64,000 nt of DNA from an uncultured Chloroflexia bacterium. GTDB lineage: Bacteria; Chloroflexota; Limnocylindria; Limnocylindrales; CSP1-4. Under the pieces are notes generated by a model. It worked only from the letters and a program-made list of their open reading frames with translations, was not told the origin of the DNA and searched no databases. The stretch lies in assembly GCA_963819655.1 (NCBI GenBank), contig CAWFXA010000002.1:1-64000 (forward strand), given 5' to 3'. The position numbers were made by a program, and so were the translations under genes. This document shows, piece by piece, positions 24,100 to 35,533 of the stretch; the stretch's first letter is position 1; each line of letters opens with the position of its first letter.

Positions 24100-25539
24100 T
24101 CCAGAAGCCACGTGAGCGATGGCCCCGGTGGCGCCACGAAGACCGTGGCGCGTGTCACGCGCCGGAAAACGCGTCCGGTAGTCCGACAGCCAGCGCGCCG
24201 CGAAGTCGACCGCGTCGGCTGTCTCGACCAGCGCCCAGACGCTGCCGCCGAAGCCGGCGCCGAAGCTCGACGCGCCAAACGCGCCCAGGGTCCGGGCCGC
24301 GCGCGCGAGGGCGATGGTTTCGGGCACTCTGATTGCCCAGCAGCACTTCCGCGTCGGACTGTGAATCGTCCGACAGCGCGCCGATGCGCGCGCGATCGGC
24401 GGCGCGGATGGCGTCGACCGCGGCGGGAATCCGCGCGTCTTCGTTGAGGAAGTGGGTCAGCCGGTCCAGCAGATCCGCCGCCGATGGGTCGGCGCGCCGC
24501 CCTGAGCGTGGTCGAAGGGCCTGCCCTGAGCTCGGTCGAAGGGCGGACGGTCGCGGACGAGCGTGGCCAGCCGCTCCGGTGCCGCGGCGCTCGTGGCCAG
24601 TGCCGCGTGGAGCGACCGGGCCTGTGGCTCGGCGCTGTTCCAGAGATCGAGCAGCGCGCTGGCCAGCGAGGACAGCCGGTTGTAGGCGTCCCGGGCGCCG
24701 CCGGTCTTCTTGGCAGCCACGCCGCTCGACGCGATGACGAACGTCCAGCCGGCGGGAACCGCGACATCGGCGATGTGGTGAATGGGCACGAATCGCCACG
24801 CGCTGACGTGACCGGCGCGTCCACAGATCAACGCGACGTGATCTTCGCTGCCGCCGTGGGTGCCGACCCCGGCGTCGCCGCTCGAGGCCGCCGAACGACA
24901 GGCCGTTCTCGATGCACGCGTAGTAGCCGGCCGCGTCCGCCGGCGTCGCGATCGCGGCGCGCCACTCCGGCCGCGCCTCGATGTCGCCGAGGCGCACCAG
25001 CGTCGCCGCCAGACCCAACCATCAATGCGCTCGAACTGCTCATGCCAGACGACGGCGGGAGGTCGCTGGCGAAGACGATGTCCGCCCCGATCACCCCGCC
25101 GGGGAAGTTGCGCTGCAGCCGGCGCACCGTGGTCGCCGCGTAGCGGCGCCACCCGGTGCCTCCGGCTGGCTGCCAGGCGCCGTCCGCCTGTCGCGCTGCC
25201 GCCGTAGCCTTCGCGTACGGCGCGACAAGGCCCGAGATCGATGCTGAACTGCTCGCCGCGCACCGCATCGGTCATCGACACGATCGGGTCGTCCCGGCGC
25301 CGTGCCACGAAGGCGAATCCGCGCGGGACCGGGCCGACCAGTGAGCGGCCGCCGCCGTAGTCGGTGTGCTTCCCGAACACTTCGATCCGCCCGGGCACCC
25401 ACAACGCCGATGCCGGGTCGCCGCCAGCCGCGCGCGAGAAGTGCTGCAGCGCCAGATCCCAGAGCGAGCGCTTTCGTGTTTCCTCGATGGCGTCCAGGCC
25501 GTGCCGCGTGAGCTGCGCCGCCAGGCGCTCGCCGGTCAT
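24012..25539 (-). CDS. Galactokinase-like GHMP sugar-1-kinase, frameshifted
   Basis: VPGRIEVFGKHTDYGGG, SDLPPSSGMSSSSA, GTHGGSEDH, GASSFGAGFGGSVWAL; 3' end runs into the family-A repeat. Confidence 0.85.
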
Positions 25540-26352
25540 GGTCGCGGCACCGTTCCGGACAACCGGCGTGCGACGTCGGGCGCGTCGGCGCGTTGCGACA
25601 GATCGAGCACGGGACCAGCGGCGGGCACGACCTTGAAGCGTACCCCACGCTCGACCGCGAGCCCGACCGCGGCCGGCAGCTCGAGCTCGCCTCGCGCCGA
25701 CGGGGTCACGGCACGGCAGGCGTCGAAGATCCGCGAGTCGAAGCGCCAGCAGTTCATGCTGACCCGGGCGGCCGCTCCCAACCGCTCGACCTCTTCGTGC
25801 CGACGGCTTCTCGACGATCCGCGTCAGGCAGCCCTGATCGTCCTGCTCGATCAGCGCGAACGCGCGCACCCGATCGGCGGGGATGTTGCCGGTCCGCACC
25901 AGATCCTCGGCGATCGAACCCCGGCAATCCCGGCTCGGCGAGGCGCGCGCAGCGCCGAGAGCGCGCTCACCGGATAGAGGTTGTCGCCGTTCATCACGAG
26001 GAAGGGGTCGCCCTGCGCTCCATCGTTCCGCGGCGAGGACGGCATCGGCGGTCCCGCGCGGTTCCGGCTGGACGACGAAGTCGACGGTGACGCGGCCGGC
26101 CGCGCGTCGACCTCGTAGTAGTGCGCGCAGGTCGTCGTGATCCGGCGCGACGACGAGCGCGATCCGCTCGAGCCCGGCGTCGGCGGCGGCGGAGAGCACG
26201 TAGTCGAGGAAGGGCCGTCCGGCGATCGGCATCATCGCCTTCATGCCGGCGTCGGCGGCACGCTGCTGATCGGGAGTGAGCGCGGCGCCGGGATCCGCCG
26301 ATCGCATGCGCGTGCCGAGTCCGCGGGCGAGGATGATGGCGCGGGCGGTCAC
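25536..26352 (-). CDS. Sugar-1-phosphate nucleotidyltransferase (NTP_transferase), frameshifted
   Basis: AIILARGLGTRMR, KAMMPIAGRPFLDY, QPEPRGTADA, NGDNLY, IVEKP, SARGELEL; ATGA overlap with the kinase start. Confidence 0.85.
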
Positions 26353-26360
26353 AGAGCCTC

Positions 26361-26508
26361 GATCGAGCTGCGGCGTTCGCGGGTCGCGGGTTCGCGAAGC
26401 TGGCAGTCGTTCAGCGGGCAACAAGTCCGCGACTATCTGACGCCTGTTGCCTCTGAGTACCGCCGGGCTTCCGAGCCCGCGAACCCGCGAACCGCCGACC
26501 CCGCGATC
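26361..26508. repeat. Octamer-repeat palindromic element (GGTTCGCG ... CGCGAACC)
   Basis: Left arm gatcg..cggcgttcgcgggtcgcgggttcgcgaagc is the imperfect reverse complement of right arm gcttccgagcccgcgaacccgcgaaccgccg..cgatc. Confidence 0.7.
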
Positions 26509-26512
26509 TCGT

Positions 26513-29500
26513 CTAGAACACGAACCGTCCGCCGAACCGCACGCTGCGCTGACCGCCGGTCGTGCCGGTGATCTGGCCGAACGTGTTGCCGGCGGCGGTG
26601 CTGAAGCCGGTGTTCGGGTTGCCCCAGCGCACCGAGTTGGTCACGTTGTAGGCATCGACGCGGAACTCGGCGTAGCGGCCGCCGCCGACGTGGAAGCGCT
26701 TGAACAGCGAGCCGTCGAGCTGCCAGAAGCCCGGGCCTTCCGGACCGCTGTTGCGGGTCATGTTGCCCTGCACGCCGGCCGCCGGCAGCGAGTAGACCGT
26801 GGGATCGAAGTACAGGTTGCCGGGGCCGAGGCCGCCGAGCACGCTGTTCTCGCCGTTCAGGTTGATGAAGGCGGTGTTGCCCGGCGTGTTGAACAGGGCG
26901 TTGCCGCCGATGTTCAGCGGCGCGCCCGACTGCGCGGTGAAGATGCCGCTCACCTGCCAGCCGCCGATGATCGTGGCGAGCACGCCGTCGTTCAGCCACC
27001 GCTTGTTCGGTCCCCACGGCAGCTCGTAGACGCCGGTCGACACGTAGTTGTGGGTGCGATCGAACCCGGCGCGCCCCCAGCTCAACTCGAAGTCGATCGG
27101 CGTGCCGATGCCGGCGTTCTCGTCGACGTAGTTCATCGCGCGGCTGTAGGTGTACGAGTTGGTCAGCAGCAGCCCGTTGCGGAACCGGCGATCGATCTTC
27201 ATCTGCAGGCCGTGGTAGGTCGTCTTGTTGTCGTTGGTGCGGGTGCGGTTCTCGCCCTGCCGGTTGAACCGGGCGAAGTACGGCCGGCCGTTGTTGCCGG
27301 AGCCGTAGACCATGCTCGCGTTGGTGTTGACGTCCATCACGATGTCGACGCCGCGGTTGCCGACGTAGGCGACGTCGGCGGTGAGCAGGAAGGGCAGCTG
27401 CCGCTGGTAGGCGACGTTCCACGAGTGCAGCGTGCCTTCGTGCAGGTCCGGTCGGGATCACGTCGAGCGTGGCGTTCTGCAGCGCCGTGCCCGCGACCGG
27501 CACGATGCCGGTGTCGGGAATGTCGAGCAGCGCCGGGGCGGGGAAGCCGGCGGCCATCGAGCCGGCGCGCTGGAACGCCGTTCGGCGAGGCGCCGACGTA
27601 GTTCTGCTTCACCGGGTAGTTGAACGCGTAGCGGTTGTCCGGGAACGGAATCGTGCTCGCGCCGTAGCCGGCGCGGACGACCGACAGCTGGTTGAGACGC
27701 CAGGACACGCCGGTGCGCGGCGAGAAGTTCTTGAAGTTCTTCTTCACGTTCAGCGCGTTGTCCAGATCGCCGTAGCCGGCGACCCGGATCGTGTGGGTCT
27801 CCGGGTCGTAGTTGGCGAGCGCGCCCTTGCCCTTCGAGCCCGACGAGCGGCTGGTAGTACTCCCAGCGCAGCCCGAGATCGACGGTGACGTTCGAGCGCG
27901 CCTGCCACTTGTCCTGCACGAACCAGAACGACGCCCAGTGCTTGGTGCCGGGGTTGTCGAAGACCTTCAGGTCGCGCTGCACCGCGGACGGCCAGTCGAG
28001 CAGGAACGACGCCATCGAGTTGGCGAGGCTGCTGGTCGACGCGGTCTCGGCCGGGCTGCCGGTGCCCGACGCGTTGAAGGTGAACGAGCCGCGCGGGCCG
28101 CCGGCGTCCTGCGTCTGCAGCAGCATGTCGCTGTTGTGGCGCAACTCGCCGCCGAACTTGACGGTGTGCGTGCGCAGCAGCCGGGTCAGCGTGGCGGTGC
28201 CGTTCCAGGTCTTCTCCCAGCGATCCCAGGGCTGGCTGGCCGAGAAGCCGAGCAGCGGGCCGGTGTAGCTGTTGATGTTGATGCTACGAGATGCCGCTGG
28301 TGAAGTCGTTGAGGTTGGCGCCGGGAATGCCGACGTCCGTGCTGGTCGTCAGGCCCTGCCCGGTGGTCGACGTGATGTTGCGGTAGTAGTTCAACCCGCC
28401 GCGGACGTCGAGCACGGTCTTGGCGCTGATCACGCGCGTCCAGGTCACCGCGCTGCTGTAGCTGGTGTTGGTGCCGGTGCCGGCGAAGCCGCCGTTGGCC
28501 GGACCGCCGTACTCGCCGAACGCGCCCGGGTCGAACACCACCGGCCGCATGAAGCTGAGGCGGTACGACATCTGATCCTTCTCGTTCACCGCGTGATTGA
28601 CCTTGGCGTCGAACCCGTCGGTGGTCTTCTCGCGCTGCGCCGCCTGCGGGAAGTTGTTCTGCCCGAGGGTCGCGCGCGATGTTGGGCTCGGGAATCAGCG
28701 CCAGCAGCCGGCGGGCGATCGGGCTGATCCGCTCCTGCCGGAATCTGGTTGTTCGGCGAACCGCGTCCGGCCGTTGCCGTTGATGTCGCCGGTGAGCGGA
28801 TCGTAGATGCCGTTGGTCACCGCGCTGAAATCGCCGTTGCGCATCGCCATCGTCGGCATCGTCGCGCGGACGACGTAGCCGCCGTTGTCGACCGTGCGCT
28901 GATAGTCGCCGAAGAAGAACAGCTTGTTCTTGACGATCGGGCCGCCCAGCGTGAAGCCGCTGTTGAAGAACTTGGTCGGCGCCTTGAGGTGCGTGAAGTA
29001 GTCGCTGGCGTTGGTCTTCTCGTTGTTGCCGAAGACGAACACGCTGCCCTTCAGGTCGTTGGTGCCGGACTTGAGCGTCACGTTGGTGACGGCGCCGCCG
29101 GACGCGGCCGAACTCCGCGTCGTAGTTGCTGGTCGTCACCGCGACGGTCTCGAGCGCGTCGGCGGCCGGGATGATGACCTGCAGCAGGCCGGTCTTGTGG
29201 TTGTCGTCGAGCCCCTCGATCAGCGTGTTGCTCGCCATGCCCGGCTGGCCGTTCACTTCGAAGCGCAGCGAGTCCTGCGAGTTGAAGAACTGCGAGTGCT
29301 CGCGGTGCGGCCGGGTCACGCCGGGCACGGTCTGCATCAGCGACTGGAAGTTGCGGTTGAAGGTGAGCGGCAGCTCCGCCACCATCTTGGACTCGATGAT
29401 GCGGCCGGTGTCGGTCCGGTCGGTCTGCAGCAGCGGCGTTTCGGCCGCGACCGTGACCGTCTCGTTCAGCTGGCCGACTTCGAGCTTCAGGTCGACGCGG

Positions 29501-29833
29501 ACCGTGCGTGTTGACGTCGACCTTGACGCCTTCGCGGAGGACTTTCTTGAAGCCCTGGAGCTCGGCCTCGACGGCGTAGGTGCCGTTCTGGAGGCTCGAG
29601 AAAGTGTAGTAACCGGTCTCGTTGGTGACCGCGGTCCGGCTGACGTTGGTCTGGGTTTCACGCGCGGTGACGGTCGCGCCGGGGACGGCGGCGCCGCTCG
29701 AATCGGTGACGTTGCCGAGCAGCGTGCCGGTGACGGCCTGCGCGCTCGCGAGCGACGGGACGATCAAGAAGAGTCCCAAGAGGAGAGCCAACGCCAGGCC
29801 GATCGCCTGGACGCACCCCACGAACTGCAACAC
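26513..29833 (-). CDS. TonB-dependent receptor (Oar type), frameshifted
   Basis: AQAVTGTLLGNVTDSSGAAVPGATV, TSNYDAEFG, KSGTNDLKG, KNKLFFFGDYQ, FVQDKWQ; ends VRFGGRFVF; ggagg RBS. Confidence 0.9.
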
Positions 29834-30219
29834 ATCAGTTGCCTCCTCCCGACAGTGCGATGGTGATTGCTGGCGACGGGCACGCACCCCGCTCCGGCCA
29901 GCGGATTATCCTACCAAAGCCGAGCTTTAGCGGTGAAGTGGCGTGATTTGGCCGCGGGCCTCAGCGTCCTACGGGCCGGGGTCCGGCCGCTTCAGCGGCA
30001 TCGGGTGACTCGAGGGCCAGCGCGCTTCACACAGCGGCCAGCATCGCTCAGCGCCGGTGACTAGAGCACGGGCTTGGATAGCTCTGCGAGCGTCAGGAGT
30101 CCAAGCGCTGGTTCTCGATCACCGGCGTCGAGCGATGCGAGCGTCGCGGAGTGGCCCCAGCGTCGCCGGTGAGGCGGACACAAGAAATGCTGACCGGCCG
30201 CTCCGGATAACCCCGACGC

Positions 30220-31959
30220 TCAGTGAATCTCCGGCTCCGCGAATCGGCGCGGTCCCCTCCAGGAAATCGAAATCGCACCCCTTGTCGGCCTGCGTGACGT
30301 GCTGGGAGTAGAGGCGGCCGAAGCCGCGCGGATAGATGCGGCTCGCGCGGCGTCCAGTCGGCCCGGCGGCGCGCCAGCTCCTCGTCCGGCGACGCGCAGC
30401 GTCAGCCGGCGGCCGGGGACGTCGAGCTCGATGATGTCGCCGTCGCGGACGAACGCCAGCGGGCCGCCGACGAACGACTCCGGCGCGATGTGCAGCACGC
30501 AGGTGCCGTAGCTGGTGCCGCTCATGCGGGCGTCGGAGAGGCGCACCATGTCGCGGACTCCCGTGCGCCAGGAGCTTCTTGGGAATCGGCAGCATGCCCC
30601 ATTCCGGCATGCCCGGGCCGCCGAGCGGGCCGGCGTCCTGCAGGACCAGCACGGAATCGGGCGTGACCGGCAGATCGGGATCGTCGATCCGCGCTTCGAG
30701 GTCGTTGTAGTTGCGGAAGACGACGGCCGGGCCGGCGTGGGTCAGCAGCCGGCGATCGAGGACGGCGGTGTGCTTGATGACCGCGCCCTGCGGCGCGAGG
30801 TTGCCGCGCAGCACGGCGACGCCGCCTTCGGGCCCGAGCGGCTGGTCGCGCGGCGCGATCACGTCGGCGTTGCACACGATCGCCGCCGGCGACGTTCTCG
30901 CCGAGGGTCCGGCCGTTCACGGTCAGGCAGTCCGGTGTGCAGCAGATCGCGCATCTGCTGCATCAGCGCGGCAGGCCGCCGGCGTAGTAGAAGTCCTCCA
31001 TCAGGAACCTGCCCGACGGCCGGATGTTGGCGAGGAACGGCGTGCGCCGCGACAGCGCGTCGAAGCGATCGAGATCGAGCGCGCGCCGGCGCGGCCGGCC
31101 ATCGCGATCAGATGGATGATGGCGTTGGTCGATCCGCCGAGCGCCATCGCCGTCGTCACCGCGTTCTCGAACGCCTCGGTGGTGAGGATGTCGCGCGGCT
31201 CGCAGGTCTTCCCACACCATCTCGACGATGCGGCGGCCGGCGGCGGTGGCCATGCGGGGATGCGCCGAGTCGGCGGCGGGAATCGACGACGCGCCGGGCA
31301 GCGTCAGGCCCAGCGCATCGACCGCCGACGTCATCGTCGACGCCGTGCCCATCGTCATGCAGGTGCCGAACGAGCGCGCCATGCCGTCTTCCATCTCGCG
31401 CCACGAGCACTCGTCGAGCGTGCCGGCGCGGCGCTCGGTCCAGTACTTCCACACGTCGCTGCCCGACCCGAGGATCTGGCCGCGCCAGTTGCCGCGCAGC
31501 ATCGGACCGGCGGGCACCAGGATGGCGGGCAGGTTGGCGCTGGTCGCGCCCATCACCAGCGCCGGGACGGTCTTGTCGCAGCCGCCGAGCAGGACCACGC
31601 CGTCGACGGGATACGAGCGCAGCGCTTCCTCCGCGTCCATCGCGAGCAGGTTGCGGTACATCATCGTGCGTCGGCTTCATGAACGTTTCGCCGAGCGTCA
31701 GCAGCGGGATCTCCATCGGGAAGCCGCCGGCCTGCCAGATGCCGCGCTTCACTTCTTCGGCGCGGAGGCGGAAGTGCGTGTGGCAGGGATTGGCGTCGCT
31801 CCAGGTGTTGAGGATGGCGATGACCGGCTTGCCGCTGATGTCGTCGAGGCTGAAGCCGGCCTGCTTGGCGCGCGACCGGTGGCCGAACGATCGCAGGTCG
31901 TCCTTGCCGAACCAGCGGTGGCTGCGCAGATCGGCGGGCGTGAGTCGCGGGCGGCTCAT
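30220..31959 (-). CDS. IlvD/Edd-family sugar-acid dehydratase (L-arabinonate dehydratase-like), frameshifted
   Basis: [75 protein letters not shown]; ends EPEIH. Confidence 0.9.
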
Positions 31960-32886
31960 GCGGCTGGCTCGCGCAGCGCGCGGGCGACCGGCGCGAGTTG
32001 CTCGAGCTGGCGTCGCGTCGAGCGGCGAGACGAACGGCGGGATCGGACCGGTCGGCGCGATGCCGGCGAGCTCGGTGCCGTGGTGCAGCACGCGCGCCGG
32101 TCCCCACTCGTCGCGCAGATCTTCGAACGGGATGAAGTGGGCGCGAATCGCTTCGGCGCGCGCCCAGTCCTGCGCCCGGCACGCCGCGAACAGCGCGCTG
32201 CAGAGCGTCGAGGCGATGCAGCCGGATCCGGTCGTGAAGCCCGGCAAGCCGAAGTCGCGCATGTGCACGACCGCCGGCCGCTCGCCGATGCCGCTGACCA
32301 CGCGGCGCGCGATCGACGCGCCGCAGCAGGCCGTCGAGATACGCGTCCTGCCGCGGATCGTCGCGCACCACCGCGTATTTGATCGCGACGGCCACGCCGT
32401 CGCGCATCAGGCGGCCGACGGCGTCGAGCCCCGCGTCCTTGTCCGCGCCGAAGCCGTCCTCGGACTTCAGGTAGAGGATGAGCGGCATGCCGGCGGCGTC
32501 GGCAATCTCGCGAATGCCCGCCTCGAGGCCGCGCGCGTCGCGCGGGTCGCCGCACGGCAGCATCATCGCGGTCCGGAACGCGATGCCGCCGCAGCAGCCG
32601 CGCCTGATCGATCGCGCGGCCGAACGACGGTCCGATGCTGGGGATCGCCCAGCGCGACGCCGGGAACCCGCGAGCCAGCCGAGCAGCGCCTCGAACTCGT
32701 CGAGCGTGATGTGGTAGAGGAAGGCGTTGCCGCCGTAGAGCAGCCGGGTGATGCCGCCGGCTTCGATGTGCCGCGCCACGCATTCGGCGGCGTCGAAGTC
32801 GAGCGTGCCGCTTCGGCGTTGCGCTTGCGCGGCAGCGGCGGCACGGAGAAGACGCCGGCGAGATCGTCGACTGGGATGGTGCTCAT
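31956..32886 (-). CDS. DHDPS/class I aldolase-family protein, frameshifted
   Basis: GVFSVPPL, LLYGGNAFLY, LILYLK, AIKYAV (Schiff-base Lys), SGIGE, FTTGSGC; ATGA-coupled to the dehydratase. Confidence 0.75.
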
Positions 32887-32994
32887 GTCCGGGAGATTGT
32901 AGCGCCAGAGATTCTTCGAGGACAGCCGCTCACAGCTCTGAGACGCCGGTGCCGGTCGGAGTGGCGATCGGGGCGACTCGCGGCGCTCGCGATC

Positions 32995-33070
32995 ACAGGA
33001 GCGGAGCCAGGAGATCACGGAGGCAACGAGCAGTCTGAACGATTGGCCTCCTGATCTCCTGACCTCCTGT
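32995..33070. repeat. Nonamer-repeat palindromic element (CAGGAGRT ... AYCTCCTG)
   Basis: acaggag..caggagatcacggaggc pairs with gcctcctgatctcctgacctcctgt. Confidence 0.65.
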
Positions 33071-33076
33071 CAAAGA

Positions 33077-34520
33077 TCACAGGCCATCGAACGACCCCGA
33101 GTGCCGCTGAAGCACCCGACGCCGCGAGCGACGGGGCGGCTGTCGTTCTAAGGAACGTTGGCCCGGCCGCGACGGACCGCGGACCACCGACCGCGGGCTG
33201 CGGCTCGGCGATCGCGGAGTCTTGGACGGCGCGTCCGGCAGCCTCAGGATGCTGACCAGGATCGCTTCGATGATCAGCGCGCCCGCGAGCACGAGCAGGC
33301 CGCCGCTGTAGCCGCCGGTCACGTCGCGCAGCGATCCCATGATCGTCGGTCCGAAGAACCCGCCGAGGTTGCCGATCGCGTTGATCAGCGCGATGCCGGC
33401 GGCCGCCGCGGCGCCGCCGAGCAGCATCGGCGGCATCGTCCAGAACACGCTCATCACCGAGCGCTGGCCGATCTGGCAGATCGTGAAGGCCAGCACCAGC
33501 AGGTACAGGTTGTCGCGGAAGGCGACCGCCAGGAACAGGCCGATCGCGGCGGTGATCGCGCAGGCGGCGACGTGGAGCTTGCGCTCGCCGGTCTTGTCGC
33601 TGTGGCGGCCGATCAGCACCATGCGCGATCAGCGCCGCCACGAACGGAATGCGCGGTGAGCAGGCTGACCGAGACGCCCGGGCCCGGCGGCGTCCTGCAG
33701 CATCCGCGGCAGCCACAGGAAGATGCCGTAGGTCACCGACGTGTTCAGCAGGTAGACGACGCGTCAGCAGCCAGACGCGGCCGCTGCGCAGGCTGCGAGC
33801 CGACCGAGACGTGGCCGGTCTCGCCGCCGCTGCGCCCGCTCGGCGCTCATCGTCGCGGCCAGCCACTCGCGGTCGGCCGGCGGCAGCCAGTCGGCCTGCT
33901 CCGGGCCGATCGGTCAGCACCCGCAGCGCGAGGACGCCGAGGATCACCGCGGGCAGCCCTTCGAGCAGGAACAGCCACTGCCAGCCGCGCAGCCCGAGCG
34001 ATGCCGTCCATGCCCAGCAGCGCTTCCGACACCGGCGCGCCGACGATCACCGAGACCGGCGCCGCCATCATGAACAGCGCATTCGTGCGGGCGCGCTCGG
34101 CCGCCGGAATCCAGTAGGTGAGGTAGAGCACCATGCCGGGAAAGAAGCCCGCCTCGGCGATGCCCAGCACGACGCGCGCGATCATGAACGACCGTCACGT
34201 CGGTGATGAACATCGTCGCCATCGACACGAGGCCCCAGCCGATCATGATCCGGGCGATCCAGCGGCGCGCGCCGACCCGCTCGAGGATCAGGTTGCTCGG
34301 GAATCTCGAACAGGCAGTAGCCGAGGAAGAACAGCCCGGCGCCGAGCCCGTATTCGGTCGCGCTCAGCCCGAGATCGCGCTGCAGCTCGCGCTGCCGCGA
34401 AGCCGATGTTCACGCGGTCGATGTAGGCGACGACGTAGCAGATGAAGGCGAAGGGGATCAGCCGCCGGGTGACGCGGCTGATGACGGCTGCGCGGCGGGC
34501 GTCGTCGGAGTCGAGGTCAA
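33077..34520 (-). CDS. MFS transporter, ACS family (tartrate/sugar-acid type), frameshifted
   Basis: RRLIPFAFICYVVAYIDRVNIGF, GARRWIARIMIGWG, LGIAEAGFFPG, GWQWLFLLEGLP, HSDKTGER, ALINAIGNLGGFFGP. Confidence 0.9.
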
Positions 34521-34541
34521 GGCGGGCGACGATAACAGGCC

Positions 34542-34693
34542 GTCAAATCCCAAGCTCCAACTCCCAAATCCCAACGCACTCCCAACTCCCAAGCCCGAAT
34601 GCAACGCCCAAGCCACGACTGGGTTCGGCAGTTCGCTTGGATGTTGGAGCTGGGATCGCCTTGGGAGTTGGGAGTTGGAGCTTGGGATTTGAC
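34542..34693. repeat. Family-A terminal-inverted-repeat element (152 bp)
   Basis: gtcaaatcccaagctccaactcccaa ... ttgggagttggagcttgggatttgac. Confidence 0.9.
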
Positions 34694-34699
34694 GCCGAC

Positions 34700-35348
34700 T
34701 CAGCGCCGCGAGTCGAGCGCGGTGAACAGCTCGGCGGTGACCTTGTCCGGCGGCTGCGCGCCGTTCGACGGCGATGAAGCCCGGGCGCGAGCGAGTAGAG
34801 CGCGATCAGCGGCTCGGCCAGCGCGGCGTAGGTCGATCAGCCGCTTGCGCACGGTCGCCGGCGTCGTCGTCTTCGCGGCGCACCAGCGTGCCGCCGCAGT
34901 ACGGGCAGTCTTCCGCCTGGTCCCGTTGCTTCGGACACCGACTGCGTCAGCGCGCACGACTCGCAGATCCGGCGGCTGCTGAGCCGGCGGATGATCTCCT
35001 CGTCGGGGACGGCGATGTGCACGACGATCGAGGTTGGATCGCGCATCTCGTCGAGCAGGCGTGCCTGGGCGACGCGTGCGGGGAAAGCCGTCGAGGAGGA
35101 ACCCGCCGGCGGTATCGGACGCGCGACAGCCGCGCCTTGACCAGGTTCGAGATCAGCTCGTCGCTGACCAGCGCCCCGGCGGCGATCGTCGCCGCCACCT
35201 CGCGGCCGAGCGGCGTCTCGTCGCGGACCGCCTGGCGCAGGATGTCGCCGGTCGAGATGTGCGGCACGCTGTAGCGCCGGGCGATGCGCACGGCCTGCGT
35301 GCCCTTCCCGGAGCCGGGCGGGCCTATCAGAACGAGGTTGAGGGGCAT
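34700..35348 (-). CDS. adk: Adenylate kinase with Zn-binding lid, frameshifted
   Basis: LIGPPGSGKGTQA, HISTGDILR, LVSD, FLLDGFP, RRICESC...CPYCGG.LVRREDD. Confidence 0.9.
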
Positions 35349-35361
35349 TGCAGATCGAGAT

Positions 35362-35526
35362 GCCAAGCTCCAAACTCCCAACTCCCAACTCCCAACTCCC
35401 AAGGCAAGTCGTCCCAACAACGGGTGCAAGACGTCGCAGCCAGCCTGGTCTGGGCATGCGTTCGCCTCGGGAGTTGGCGAGTTGGGACGTGCCTTGGGAG
35501 TTGGGAGTTGGAGCTTGGGAGTTGAC
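35362..35526. repeat. Family-A element (left end degenerate)
   Basis: ccaagctccaaactcccaactcccaactcccaactcccaagg ... ccttgggagttgggagttggagcttgggagttgac. Confidence 0.85.
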
Positions 35527-35533
35527 ATGCTCG

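Noticed and set aside
30515-32902. Long antisense ORFs (795 aa here; also 9170-10834, 47509-48810, 56817-58481)
   Set aside because: They are shadows of real opposite-strand genes in high-GC DNA, with no recognisable motifs.
35365-35525. Telomere-like repeats
   Set aside because: The TTGGGAG tracts are short, internal and arranged as inverted arms, so they are better explained as family-A elements.
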